From an uncultured Gammaproteobacteria bacterium (GTDB lineage Bacteria > Patescibacteriota > Patescibacteriia > Magasanikbacterales > UBA922), in assembly GCA_964516055.1 (NCBI GenBank), contig CAZEYK010000001.1, positions 1 through 51,030 of the forward strand: a stretch of DNA of 51,030 nucleotides, given 5' to 3'. The notes under the pieces are model-generated. The model did not search any database and had not been told where the DNA came from. It worked only from the letters and a program-made list of their open reading frames with translations. Every line of letters begins with the position of its first letter. Positions within the stretch are counted from its first letter, which is position 1. Below are positions 1-9,626 of this stretch, piece by piece. The position numbers and the translations under genes are program-made.

Positions 1-1952
1 CTATCCTGTTGTGAAAAAGGATAAAAAGTATCAAGCAAACGGGCGTCCACACCATCCCATAATGAGACATCAAGCGCATCTTGTAACTGAGAAACAAATA
101 ATTCATCACCTGGATGCTGATCAAGATAGTCCGTAGCGATAACAGCAATTCCCCCTCGATACGTTTCCTCTGCAGCCAAAAATGACTGAATTTTTTTGCC
201 ATTTAAACTATACACATACACATATGGCGCATCACCAACACCCACACCAAGAACATATTCAGGAGAACCATCAGCAAATAAATCAGCAGTCGTTATATTC
301 AAAGGAGCCGTTAATCCAGGAAAAGCTATTTGCTGAACAGACTGAAAGGTATCATCAAACCGATGAAGCACCGCATGGCCGTCCACAATATATGACACAA
401 CAATATCAACAAATACGCCATTATCACGAGTAGCAGGGACAAGAGAAAGCGTTGTTCCTGTATGAGAAAATGCTTTTTTATACGTTTTTATCAATGTCCC
501 CTTAAAATCATAAACCCAAAAGAGAACATCATTCGATTCCTGAGGAGAAACAACAACTTCAGGCTCATCTCCCCCAAATACATTTCCCACTCGTACCGAT
601 ACAGGTCCATCAGTAGGAACAGAAAAAGAGCGAACACGATACCCCGACTCTGTATAAAAAGTAATGTTTGTTTCATCTGTATGTGATGCAGTCACAATAG
701 ATAGTGTTCCATCATAATCAAATACCGCCACATCATCCGCGTGAATAACCTCTGGACGAACAACAGATCCATTTATCGAATCAAAAGAACTAAAGCCATC
801 AGAAAATCGAAAAAAAGCAAATCCCGTTGGTCCAGAGGAAGCGCTCGTTAATGGCTGTGATAAAGCATACTGAACAGCAGGGCCAATCTGTAACAATCCA
901 TGCCCAAATAAATTTGCATATTCTTCTTCATTTTCTGGAGGAGTTTTACTTACGGTCTTAAACAATGCATCAAATATTTCTGAAGGACCCCACCCTGGTT
1001 GCACACTTTTAATAAGTGCTGCCGCACCAGAAACAAATGGTGCTGCAAAACTTGTTCCATTCCATTGCAACTCAGGACTATAGGTATCACGAAGACCGTT
1101 GGTGGGAGAATATCGTAATAACCCACCAATACCTACTCCTGGTGCAGTAATATCAATACAATTTGATCCAACATTTGAAAATACCGCCAACATACGTTCT
1201 ACAGAAACAGCACTTACTCCAAGTATAAAATTTTCGTCAGACATATCATCTGCACAAACAGGATAATGAGGATACGTATTTAATGATAATCGACTATTCC
1301 CAGCAGCGGCAACAAACACCACGCCATGATCATATGCATACTTCACAGCTTCCAGTAACTCAGTCACATACGCTTGTGACTCAACGTCTTCAGGATCAAA
1401 TTGTCCAACAAGACTGGTATTAATAACATCAGCACCATTATCCACAGCATAATGAATAGCATAGGGAAGATTTCCAATCCTGGCAGAACCATTATTTCCC
1501 AATACTTTAACGTTCATCAATTTTACATGCCAATTAATTCCTGCCCCTGCTTTATTATTATCCCCCACAGCACCAATAATACCAGCAATAATTGTGGCAT
1601 GATGAATATTTTTTTCATCATGTCCTTGAAGCGGATCCGGAGTGGGGTTATTATTTCCATCAAAAAAATTCCATCCATAACAATCATCAACATACCCATT
1701 GGCATCATCATCAATGTTATTATCACAAACTTCATCAACATTTTTCCATACATTATCACGCAAATCAGGATGAAACGTATCAAATCCATTATCAATAATA
1801 GCAACAACCACATCGAGTGAACCAGTGGCAAAATCCCACGCATCATACAATTTTACAAAATCATACGCAGGCTGTGTGGCAAAAGGATCATTTGGAACCA
1901 ATGCAAAAGCAGCATGTGGAAAAAATACCGTAGCAGCAACAAATAAACTCAT
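1..1952 (-). CDS. Secreted subtilisin-like (S8) serine peptidase with C-terminal FG-GAP/VCBS-like repeat region; partial, 3' end runs off the left window edge
   Basis: Absent from the ORF track because there is no stop inside the window. Hand translation of the reverse strand from ATG 1952-1950 (AGGGAG 5 nt upstream) stays open to position 1 (650 codons). It begins with the signal-like MSLFVAATVFFPHAAFA. S8 triad motifs follow: VAIIDNGFD (Asp), HHATIIAG (His), GTSFAAPFVSG (Ser). Later repeats include GNVFGGDEPEVVV and ADLFADGSPEYVLG. Confidence 0.85.
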   Translation of the reverse strand, partial: MSLFVAATVFFPHAAFALVPNDPFATQPAYDFVKLYDAWDFATGSLDVVVAIIDNGFDTFHPDLRDNVWKNVDEVCDNNIDDDANGYVDDCYGWNFFDGNNNPTPDPLQGHDEKNIHHATIIAGIIGAVGDNNKAGAGINWHVKLMNVKVLGNNGSARIGNLPYAIHYAVDNGADVINTSLVGQFDPEDVESQAYVTELLEAVKYAYDHGVVFVAAAGNSRLSLNTYPHYPVCADDMSDENFILGVSAVSVERMLAVFSNVGSNCIDITAPGVGIGGLLRYSPTNGLRDTYSPELQWNGTSFAAPFVSGAAALIKSVQPGWGPSEIFDALFKTVSKTPPENEEEYANLFGHGLLQIGPAVQYALSQPLTSASSGPTGFAFFRFSDGFSSFDSINGSVVRPEVIHADDVAVFDYDGTLSIVTASHTDETNITFYTESGYRVRSFSVPTDGPVSVRVGNVFGGDEPEVVVSPQESNDVLFWVYDFKGTLIKTYKKAFSHTGTTLSLVPATRDNGVFVDIVVSYIVDGHAVLHRFDDTFQSVQQIAFPGLTAPLNITTADLFADGSPEYVLGVGVGDAPYVYVYSLNGKKIQSFLAAEETYRGGIAVIATDYLDQHPGDELFVSQLQDALDVSLWDGVDARLLDTFYPFSQQD

Positions 1953-1997
1953 GATGCTCCCTGAAAAGATATATCGAAATATCATAAAAAATACATA

Positions 1998-3536
1998 TTA
2001 TAAACGTTCAATTTTTCCCTGACGATACCGGGTAGGATACGCATACGTATATCCATCATCACGAGACATCGTACTCGTCCTCCCAATCAAAATAGGATAC
2101 GGTGGATACACAATAAATCCACTCACTGTAGGGTCCGTACGATAAATTTGTGACGACATAGCACGAAGCTTTCCATCACTACTAAAAAAATACAATCCTT
2201 TTCCATCCGGATTACTCACCACCGTACCACGAGCATAACTATACGTATGTTCTGGCAGCGTAGTAAGTGCACCTCCTGTTGGTAATTTTCCAGACCGAAC
2301 CATAGCACCATCAGCTATTCCATTACCATTGCTATCCACCACACCAGGATCACTCGATAAAAATCGAATTTCTTCCAAATCACTAAGACCATCACCATCA
2401 GAATCAACCTTCGTATCAGAAGAACCATATCGCCGTTCAAGATCACTATCCAGTCCATCTCCATCTTCATCTGTTGCCCCACTCGCAATAGCCTCCGAAA
2501 ACGAACGAAGCGTATAATGCACTCGCTCCGCTTGATTAATAGTAATCACACGCTTTTTCCAATCTAATCCATAAAGTAACTCTTTTTCAATCTCAGACAA
2601 AAATGGTCGCAACACATATCCCGGTTCAACCGCAAATACTTCTTGTGAATCAACACCAAATCGCACCAACCATGAACCAGGTCGTGGCGAAACAGACTCC
2701 CCAACAGGATATTGACTCAACTCCACATTACTTACATAAACAATATCCCCAAAGTCAAAATCATCAAACCATGTATGAAATACGGCTAACGATGGATAAT
2801 CATGAAGCTCACCATCAAACCCATAATAATAGATTGAATCCCCTGGGCTCGTAACAATATCTCCGGCTTCTAACAATTGTCCAAAAGGGACAACAATAAT
2901 AGATTGTTTTTTTATAAATGTTCTCCCTTGTGCATCACGATATCGCACATACACTGTTTTTTTTCCTTCTCCCGTAGGCAAACTCCATCGAAGGGACTCT
3001 TGGACAGGTAACCACGGCACATCAGAAAAATCTGACGAATTACTAATTTGCATGTGTTCAACCCCCTCAGAAACCGTAGATGATACGGTAACCGTACGGT
3101 CAAACGTTGAGTCATCACCATCATTCACCGTCATTTCAATAAACGGCTGAGGATCAACGTCCAAAATAATTGCATCAGAAAATGTTGTTGATATATCTCC
3201 ATTAGTACTACGGAATTGCACATACACAACTTTTTCTCCTCGACCAAAATCCAAAAACCATTCCTTTCGCGAACTATATGGTTGCCAACTGACGTTACCA
3301 ATTTCTGGAGAATTAGCAATTCGCATACTTTCTACATCAGCCGTTCCCTTGGTAAAAGACAACACAACACTTCTTGTTCGTGTACGGGTATCACCACCAT
3401 TAATAGTAACCCGAGCCGAACGAAACACCCCTTGCGACTGCAAATCAAAAGGAACAACAGCAAAAGAAGCAACAGGAAATAACACCGTAACGAAAAAAAT
3501 AGCTAAAACAAGTTGAAAAACTTGATTTTTTTGCAT
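1998..3536 (-). CDS. Secreted cell-surface protein with two tandem ~75-aa beta-rich repeats and acidic thrombospondin-type-3-like Ca-binding repeats
   Basis: 512-aa ORF with ATG start and signal-like MQKNQVFQLVLAIFFVTVLFPVASFA. Internal repeat: VTINGGDTRTRTRSVVLSF...GEKVVYVQFRSTNGD versus MTVNDGDDSTFDRTVTVSS...GKKTVYVRYRDAQGR. Acidic stretch: DEDGDGLDSD..DSDGDGLSDLEE..DSNGNGIADG. Confidence 0.7.
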   Translation of the reverse strand: MQKNQVFQLVLAIFFVTVLFPVASFAVVPFDLQSQGVFRSARVTINGGDTRTRTRSVVLSFTKGTADVESMRIANSPEIGNVSWQPYSSRKEWFLDFGRGEKVVYVQFRSTNGDISTTFSDAIILDVDPQPFIEMTVNDGDDSTFDRTVTVSSTVSEGVEHMQISNSSDFSDVPWLPVQESLRWSLPTGEGKKTVYVRYRDAQGRTFIKKQSIIVVPFGQLLEAGDIVTSPGDSIYYYGFDGELHDYPSLAVFHTWFDDFDFGDIVYVSNVELSQYPVGESVSPRPGSWLVRFGVDSQEVFAVEPGYVLRPFLSEIEKELLYGLDWKKRVITINQAERVHYTLRSFSEAIASGATDEDGDGLDSDLERRYGSSDTKVDSDGDGLSDLEEIRFLSSDPGVVDSNGNGIADGAMVRSGKLPTGGALTTLPEHTYSYARGTVVSNPDGKGLYFFSSDGKLRAMSSQIYRTDPTVSGFIVYPPYPILIGRTSTMSRDDGYTYAYPTRYRQGKIERL

Positions 3537-3590
3537 AAATTCAGTATAAATAAATCAAAGATAGTATACCGTGAACCTAAGAAAAAAACA

Positions 3591-4988
3591 ATGATTTCTC
3601 TAAGCTACCGAGTAAAACAATTCATCTTGCTCAGCACAGATATCGCAAGTTTCTACATTGCCTTTATCATGAGTCTCACTCTCCGATATCAACGCCCACC
3701 AACGCCAGAAAACATACTACAGCATATTCCACTGTTTAGTATTGTGTTTTTTTTCTGGATTGTCCTGAACTATATTAATGGACTCTACGATCTTGTACAA
3801 TTATCATACACAAAAAAATATTATAGAAGACTCAGCGAAACCGCCATACTATCACTGATTGGAAGTGCCTGTTTTTTTTACCTTCTTCCCGCTAACCAAA
3901 ACATTACCCCAAAAACAATCCTTGTACTCAATGTTATCATTGGATACAGCATCAGCGCAGCACTTCGGGCAATGTATAACAGAATCATTGGAATCAAACG
4001 CCTACAAACAAATGTTATTTTCGTTGGAGTCACAAAAGAAACCGAAGAACTCATTGAGACCATAAAACAAAACCCCGAACGTGGATACAAAACGGTTGCT
4101 ATTATTGATCCGGAAAAACATATCAAAAATGCTACCTATGATCATTGCGAAGTATTTCACGGACTGCACACTATTCGCCCATGTATCACCAATTATCAAG
4201 GACATGTTGTCGTAATGGCCCCGCACCTCAAACAAAACGAAGATGCCCTCAGAGAATTATATCAACTCCTCTTTTGGAAAGTTCATATTATTGATTTACC
4301 CTCATTTTACGAAAGTATCACAGGAAGAATTCCCCCATCAACATTTTCTGAAAGCTGGTTTCTCAATCATCTCCAAAACAAAAATCACCCTGTCTACGAA
4401 AAAATACGAACCATTATTGACTATATTGCCATCGTATTTATTGGTGCCTACTTTATTCTTTTACTCCCTATTATTGCAATTACGATAAAGATTACCTCAA
4501 CAGGTCCTATCTTTATCAAACAAAAAAGAATTGGCCAACAAGGAAAAATATTTACCATGTACAAATTTAGATCCATGTACGCCCTTGCCGAAGATGGCAG
4601 CGCAGAAACAGATGGCTGGGAATTCGCCAAAAAACAAGACATCCGCATAACGTCTATAGGAACATTCTTACGGAAAACACGTATCGATGAACTTCCACAA
4701 GTCATCAATCTTTTCAAAAGAGATATCACACTCATTGGCCCACGGCCTGAACGCCCCGCAATTGTAGAAGAATTAGAAACACGCATGCCCTATTATCCTC
4801 TTCGTCATCTTGTACGACCGGGGCTTACCGGTTGGGCAGTGATTCACCAACACTATACCGACACACTGGAATCCTCACTCGAAAAACTGCAATACGATCT
4901 CTATTACATCAAAAATCGTTCTCTCCTCCTTGATATATCTATTCTCTTGCGAACAATAAATGTTGTTATGAGATTCATGGGACAATAA
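3591..4988 (+). CDS. Polyprenyl-phosphate glycosylphosphotransferase (WbaP/EPS sugar transferase family), initiating enzyme
   Basis: N-terminal TM helices are followed by the bacterial sugar transferase core IFIKQKRIGQQGKIFTMYKFRSM ... DELPQVINLFKRDITLIGPRPERP. The track ORF starts at a TTG (3513) that overlaps the divergent gene, so ATG 3591 (MISLSYRVKQ) is preferred. Confidence 0.85.
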   Translation: MISLSYRVKQFILLSTDIASFYIAFIMSLTLRYQRPPTPENILQHIPLFSIVFFFWIVLNYINGLYDLVQLSYTKKYYRRLSETAILSLIGSACFFYLLPANQNITPKTILVLNVIIGYSISAALRAMYNRIIGIKRLQTNVIFVGVTKETEELIETIKQNPERGYKTVAIIDPEKHIKNATYDHCEVFHGLHTIRPCITNYQGHVVVMAPHLKQNEDALRELYQLLFWKVHIIDLPSFYESITGRIPPSTFSESWFLNHLQNKNHPVYEKIRTIIDYIAIVFIGAYFILLLPIIAITIKITSTGPIFIKQKRIGQQGKIFTMYKFRSMYALAEDGSAETDGWEFAKKQDIRITSIGTFLRKTRIDELPQVINLFKRDITLIGPRPERPAIVEELETRMPYYPLRHLVRPGLTGWAVIHQHYTDTLESSLEKLQYDLYYIKNRSLLLDISILLRTINVVMRFMGQ

Positions 4989-5022
4989 AAAAATACAAGG
5001 AACGACATAAAAATTCACAAAT

Positions 5023-5052
5023 AAAAAATCCATCTGAGTAAGATGGGTTTTT
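5023..5052. terminator. Bidirectional intrinsic terminator between convergent genes
   Basis: A6 tract, then stem CCATCT (5030-5035) / AGATGG (5041-5046) with loop GAGTA, then a T5 tract. It lies between the WbaP-like stop (4988) and the epimerase stop (5070). Confidence 0.6.
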
Positions 5053-5069
5053 CGTACGTCGTACGTTAT

Positions 5070-5981
5070 CTACACACCAAAATCTTTTTTTAACATATCA
5101 ATACCCTCTTTCAAACTAACTGTTGGCTCCCAACCAAGGAGTTCCTTTGCTCGAGAACTATCAGCTTCCGTATACCGTACATCTCCTGGTCGATCAGGAA
5201 CATGTACTGATTCACCACCAATAAATTCCACAATATTATTAACTGAATGAGGATTTCCATTTCCTATATTAATCGTTTCCCCATTACATGCCGTATCTTT
5301 TGTCATCGCCAACATATTGGCTCGAACAATATCAGAAACATGCGTATAATCTCGATAATATTCTCCATCACCACAGATCGTCATTGGTTCACCATGTTTA
5401 ACTTGTTCCAAAAATTTGGCAATCACCAATGCATATGCTCCATGCGGATCAGCATACGGACCATACACATTAAAATACACCAAACTTACGGTTTCAAGAT
5501 TATATAACTCAGCAAACAACCGACAGTACTCTTCGCCAATAAATTTATGAAGTGCGTATGGCGCAATAGGTTTTTTAATAACCGTATCTTCTTTCAATGG
5601 ATACGTTTCTTGATTTCCATAAGAAGAAGATGATGATGAAAATACCACCCGTTTTACTCCATTATCTCGTGCAGCAAGAAGTACATTGAGCGTTCCATTT
5701 ACGTTTACATCATGAGTAAGTGCCGGATATTCCACAGAATAAGAAACCCGTGGCAATGCTGCCATATGAAACACACCCTCAACACCTTGCATCACCTTGT
5801 TCAAATCATCCATGTTGCGAATATCTCCTTCCACATATTCAGCTCCCTCTTGCATTCGCTCTTCCATTTTCCCGCCAGCATAATTATCAATAATACGCAC
5901 CTGATGTCCGTCTGCAAGAAGTTGTTTTGTTAAATTTGTTCCAATAAACCCGGCTCCACCGGTAATAAGATAGTGCGCCAT
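5070..5981 (-). CDS. NAD-dependent sugar-nucleotide epimerase/dehydratase (extended SDR; WbpP/TviC-like 4-epimerase candidate)
   Basis: ITGGAGFIGTNL Rossmann motif and a YxxxK catalytic motif in APYALHKFIGEEY. It sits directly downstream of a TviB/WbpO-type dehydrogenase. Confidence 0.75.
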   Translation of the reverse strand: MAHYLITGGAGFIGTNLTKQLLADGHQVRIIDNYAGGKMEERMQEGAEYVEGDIRNMDDLNKVMQGVEGVFHMAALPRVSYSVEYPALTHDVNVNGTLNVLLAARDNGVKRVVFSSSSSSYGNQETYPLKEDTVIKKPIAPYALHKFIGEEYCRLFAELYNLETVSLVYFNVYGPYADPHGAYALVIAKFLEQVKHGEPMTICGDGEYYRDYTHVSDIVRANMLAMTKDTACNGETINIGNGNPHSVNNIVEFIGGESVHVPDRPGDVRYTEADSSRAKELLGWEPTVSLKEGIDMLKKDFGV

Positions 5982-6025
5982 AATTAATTAAATAGTTAAT
6001 TGGTTAATGAATCGTCAATCAAACA

Positions 6026-7330
6026 TCACAGTGACCAATACGCCAAGCCAACATCTTCAATGTCCTGCCGATTATACAAATGTTTAATATCTGCCAGCAA
6101 GCAAGAGTGACCATTGGTAAATGCCTGTACTGTATGCGGATCCAACGAAGCAAACTCATCATGCGCCACACCAACAACAAGCAAATCAGCTTTTGGTAAT
6201 GCGTCCTTTTCTGTAAGAGAAAATCCATACTCATGCGCAACTTCAGCAACATCAGCATGAGGATCACACACAAACACCGTCATACCAGCAGCAATAAATG
6301 CGCGATACATATCAACCACTTTTGAATTGCGAATATCCGGAATATTTTCTTTAAACGTTACTCCCAACATCACAACAGTGGCATCTTTTGGATCTTTTCC
6401 TAACTGTCGCAATTGATCCATTAATGTTTCCGCAATAATGGTAGGTATCCTATCATTTATTCCTCTCCCCGCCAAAATAACATCTGGAGAATATCCAAGC
6501 TGTGTTGCCTTATGCGTCAAATAATAAGGGTCCACTCCAATACAATGTCCTCCAACAAGTCCTGGCTTGAACGGTAAAAAATTCCATTTTGTTCCTGCTG
6601 CCGCAAGCACATCATAAACACTAATATTCATGTGCGCAAAAATAAGCGAAAGCTCATTCATAAGCGCAATGTTTAAATCACGCTGCGTATTTTCAATAAC
6701 TTTTGCGGCTTCAGCTACTTTAATAGATGACGCTTCAAATACCGTTGTAACCGTACCATACACGCCAGCAATCACTGCCAAACTTTCTTTATTCATACCA
6801 GAAACAACTTTCACCACCTTATCAATAGTATGTTCTTTATCACCAGGATTCACTCGTTCTGGGGAATACCCAATCAAACAGTGTTCTGGGGCATGCAACG
6901 AAGCGGCTGCTTCAAGAATAGGCAAACATATTTCTTCTGTTGCGCCAGGATACACTGTAGATTCATAAACCACAATGGAACCCTCAACCATATGCTCCCC
7001 TACCATTTGTGAAGCCTTTTTGAGAATAGTTAAATCAGGTTCTTTATCATCGGTAATTGGCGTAGGGACGGCAACAATAATAAATTTTGCATCGGCAATA
7101 GATGCGGGATCATCACTATAAAAAATCGTCGCCTGTTGTAATTCAGCAGAATCAACTTCTTTTGTCACTTCAATCCCCTGTTTCAACTCAGCAATACGCG
7201 TTTTATTTACATCAAATCCAATCACGGAAAAATGTTTCGATAACAACACCGCAAGTGGCAATCCCACATACCCAAGTCCCACCACACAAACCTTTTCTTG
7301 CTTTGATTGTAACTGTTCAAGTGTAACCAT
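6026..7330 (-). CDS. Nucleotide-sugar 6-dehydrogenase, UDP-N-acetylhexosamine type (TviB/WbpO/WecC-like)
   Basis: VCVVGLGYVGLPLAVLL NAD motif. The catalytic-Cys motif GGHCIGVDPYYL is typical of the UDP-GlcNAc/GalNAc/ManNAc dehydrogenase branch, not GGSCxxKD. Confidence 0.8.
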   Translation of the reverse strand: MVTLEQLQSKQEKVCVVGLGYVGLPLAVLLSKHFSVIGFDVNKTRIAELKQGIEVTKEVDSAELQQATIFYSDDPASIADAKFIIVAVPTPITDDKEPDLTILKKASQMVGEHMVEGSIVVYESTVYPGATEEICLPILEAAASLHAPEHCLIGYSPERVNPGDKEHTIDKVVKVVSGMNKESLAVIAGVYGTVTTVFEASSIKVAEAAKVIENTQRDLNIALMNELSLIFAHMNISVYDVLAAAGTKWNFLPFKPGLVGGHCIGVDPYYLTHKATQLGYSPDVILAGRGINDRIPTIIAETLMDQLRQLGKDPKDATVVMLGVTFKENIPDIRNSKVVDMYRAFIAAGMTVFVCDPHADVAEVAHEYGFSLTEKDALPKADLLVVGVAHDEFASLDPHTVQAFTNGHSCLLADIKHLYNRQDIEDVGLAYWSL

Positions 7331-7396
7331 AAATAAAATGTATTTACCGTATTTATCAAAAAATGTAATACTTTTCTAAACAGATATTTGTGCTTT

Positions 7397-7672
7397 GGGG
7401 TATACTACCCCCAGCCAGCTCCATAGTGGCATAGCTCTGTGGATCTAGCTGCAAGAAATGATGCCAAAATAATATGTCATCCTGAGCGTAAGGAGGAGTA
7501 CCACGACGACTGAAGTCGAAGGATCCCGATGCAGAAAGCAAAATTTTCTATCACGAGATCCTTCGACTCCATTCGCTCGTTCCTTGCTCATTACGCTCAG
7601 GATGACATACTTCACAGCCTTGTCGGGCTTGCCTACCAGTAGGCAAAACTATGGAGCGAGAATCGTATCCCC
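7397..7672. repeat. ~276-bp imperfect palindromic (MITE-like or REP-like) element in the intergenic region
   Basis: Perfect 19-bp inverted repeat TATGTCATCCTGAGCGTAA (7473-7491) / TTACGCTCAGGATGACATA (7591-7609). Inner 12-bp pair AGTCGAAGGATC (7514-7525) / GATCCTTCGACT (7557-7568). Outer pair GCTCCATAGT (7418-7427) / ACTATGGAGC (7648-7657). Termini GGGGTATAC (7397-) / CGTATCCCC (-7672). Confidence 0.7.
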
Positions 7673-7695
7673 TTATAATTCGTAAATGAAAATTA

Positions 7696-9087
7696 TTAAT
7701 TATTCGTAATTCCCAAAAACGGAGACCCCACCGCAATAAGCGAAAATCCTGCCTTTTGCAACTCATCATATCGATGCTGCAACATCCTTCGCCCATCCAT
7801 AATAAGTGCATTCTTTTCTGGAAGAGCCAAAAGTACCTCCGCAACCTGTCGAAACTGTGGCCAATCCGTCGCAATAATAACCACATCCGCATGCATCGTA
7901 GCAGAACGAATATCCGCCATGTACACCAGTTGCTCACTCGCCGGAAAATCCATTCCAAACATATCATTTGCCACAGGATCATACAATCGTACTTCCTTTA
8001 CCCGCTTCTCTTGCAAAAATCGCACAATATCAAGACTTGGACTATTGCGTGTATCATTGGTATCTTGCTTAAATGCAAGTCCCAAAAGCGCAACTGTTTT
8101 TCCTTGCCAGTCAAATCCAGCTTCCGTTTCTGGCCGAGACAAAAATAATTCTAGCTGCCGTTTATTAGCAAGATACGTTTCATTCACAAGCGAAGAAACT
8201 TTTCCCGCTGTTTGTAACTGATGAGAAAGCGATCGAGCATCCTTGATCAAACAACTTCCCCCAGCATACAAACTATTATAAAATCCCCAATTACTAATTC
8301 GTTTATCCGCGGTAATAATAGACCGAACGTTTTCAAAGGTCACATCATCAAATGCTTCACACGTTCTCCCAATCACATCAAAACATTGCGCAAGCTTACT
8401 AAACAAATAATAATTTGCGAGAAGTTTTCCTGCCGCGGCTTCCTTTGGACTCACTTCAAGATATCCAACCGTTGATGAAGTATAAAATCGATTATATATA
8501 TTTCGCATAATACCAAAATCTTGTTCAGATTCTGCTCCCACCACTACACGATCTGGACGAATAGATCCTTCAATTGCTTTTCCTTCAACCAAAAATTCTG
8601 GATTAGACACCACCCCAAAGTTTGTAACACCTGCTTTCATTAATAACTCTTTGGTCATATCAATCATATCAATGGGAACCGTACTTTTGTTGACAATAAC
8701 TACATATTTTTGTTGAGCACCACCATTCCGTTTGGCTAGTGCGACTGCCAATTGTTCTGCTGCTGCGGTATAATAGGTAAGATTACTTTCTCCTGTTTCC
8801 CCAATTTCTGGTGTTGGCAGACACATGAACACGGCATCACACGTATCAAGGAATGCAAAAACTTCTTGATAATCACTCGTAAAACGCAAATGGTCTGCAT
8901 GTTGAGCACACATTTCCGCAAGTTCCTTTTCATGCAAGTACGATTCAATACGTGTTTTATCAAGTGAAGCAAAGGCGGCTATTTTTTCTGTATCAATATC
9001 AAAAACAAGCGTGTTGTGCCCACTATCCGCAGACACCGCCGCACTACACGCCCCCACAAATCCGCCTCCAATATATAAGATATTCAT
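7696..9087 (-). CDS. ugd: UDP-glucose 6-dehydrogenase family protein
   Basis: MNILYIGGGFVGACSAAV NAD motif and catalytic motif GGSCLIKDARSL. Length is 463 aa with an ATG start. Confidence 0.8.
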   Translation of the reverse strand: MNILYIGGGFVGACSAAVSADSGHNTLVFDIDTEKIAAFASLDKTRIESYLHEKELAEMCAQHADHLRFTSDYQEVFAFLDTCDAVFMCLPTPEIGETGESNLTYYTAAAEQLAVALAKRNGGAQQKYVVIVNKSTVPIDMIDMTKELLMKAGVTNFGVVSNPEFLVEGKAIEGSIRPDRVVVGAESEQDFGIMRNIYNRFYTSSTVGYLEVSPKEAAAGKLLANYYLFSKLAQCFDVIGRTCEAFDDVTFENVRSIITADKRISNWGFYNSLYAGGSCLIKDARSLSHQLQTAGKVSSLVNETYLANKRQLELFLSRPETEAGFDWQGKTVALLGLAFKQDTNDTRNSPSLDIVRFLQEKRVKEVRLYDPVANDMFGMDFPASEQLVYMADIRSATMHADVVIIATDWPQFRQVAEVLLALPEKNALIMDGRRMLQHRYDELQKAGFSLIAVGSPFLGITNN

Positions 9088-9115
9088 ACTATCAAATAAT
9101 TACCTAGACAACACG

Positions 9116-9161
9116 GTCATCTCGAGTAACCTCGGCAACAGCCGGGGCATCGAGAGATCTC
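9116..9161. repeat. Degenerate half-copy related to the left arm of the 7397-7672 palindromic element
   Basis: GTCATCTCGAGTAACCTCGGCAACAGCCGGGGCATCGAGAGATCTC resembles GTCATCCTGAGCGTAAGG...GTCGAAGGATC at 7476-7525 in its start, end and length. Confidence 0.4.
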
Positions 9162-9373
9162 AATGTATTTATTAGTTATATTACTGAAATGAAATATACC
9201 CAAAAATTTCATGACTACCTAGCTCCAAAAGTGTACAGGAATCCTCTTTTTTTTTCAATAAAAACGAAAAACATAAAAAAAGGGGGCTTGGGGGCGGCGT
9301 CATGAAAAAATCACAAATATTCAATATTATGATAAAACCACACAAAACAATCGTCCGCCCCCAAAACTTTTTG

Positions 9374-9397
9374 TTCCTTTTTGGTTACAAAAAGGAA
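9374..9397. other. Perfect 10-bp stem-loop in a long non-coding region
   Basis: TTCCTTTTTG (9374-9383), loop GTTA, CAAAAAGGAA (9388-9397). Its role (terminator remnant or leader structure) is unknown. Confidence 0.5.
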
Positions 9398-9502
9398 ATA
9401 TACTCAATTTCCTAGCTAATCCCATAGTAGCGTAGAACTGTAGAATCACATTGTCACCTATAGCCTATCCTATCTAAATATTACCTATACCCACAAAACA
9501 AC

Positions 9503-9531
9503 TTGACAAGAACACAAAAAAAGACTATATT
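9503..9531 (+). promoter_or_regulatory. sigma70-like promoter facing the GC-rich island
   Basis: TTGACA (9503-9508), a 17-nt spacer, then TATATT (9526-9531). It lies in AT-rich DNA about 195 nt upstream of the kinase ATG. Confidence 0.55.
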
Positions 9532-9589
9532 GCCCTGTTATCTAAGATGCCTATTTTGTAGTTAACACAGCTAAAAAATATACACCTGG

Positions 9590-9626
9590 ATAGCAAAAAC
9601 CACTCAAAGAGTGGACATTTTGCTAT
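9590..9626. other. Nested 15-bp hairpin at the AT/GC transition (5' leader of the island operon)
   Basis: Outer stem ATAGCAAAA (9590-9598) / TTTTGCTAT (9618-9626). Inner stem CCACTC (9600-9605) / GAGTGG (9609-9614). Confidence 0.5.

Noticed and set aside
182-1846. Small plus- and minus-strand ORFs at 182-433, 462-686, 1401-1820, 1523-1846 and 1592-1798.
   Set aside because: All lie inside the edge-truncated S8 peptidase gene, which is open for 650 codons with a complete catalytic triad. They are His/Gln/Ile/Asn-rich frame shadows.
7356-7982. Track ORFs 7356-7541 (61 aa) and 7551-7982 (143 aa) on the minus strand.
   Set aside because: Both read through the arms of the palindromic element. 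The second also overlaps the 3' end of ugd out of frame. Their composition is arbitrary and neither has a motif or ribosome-binding context.
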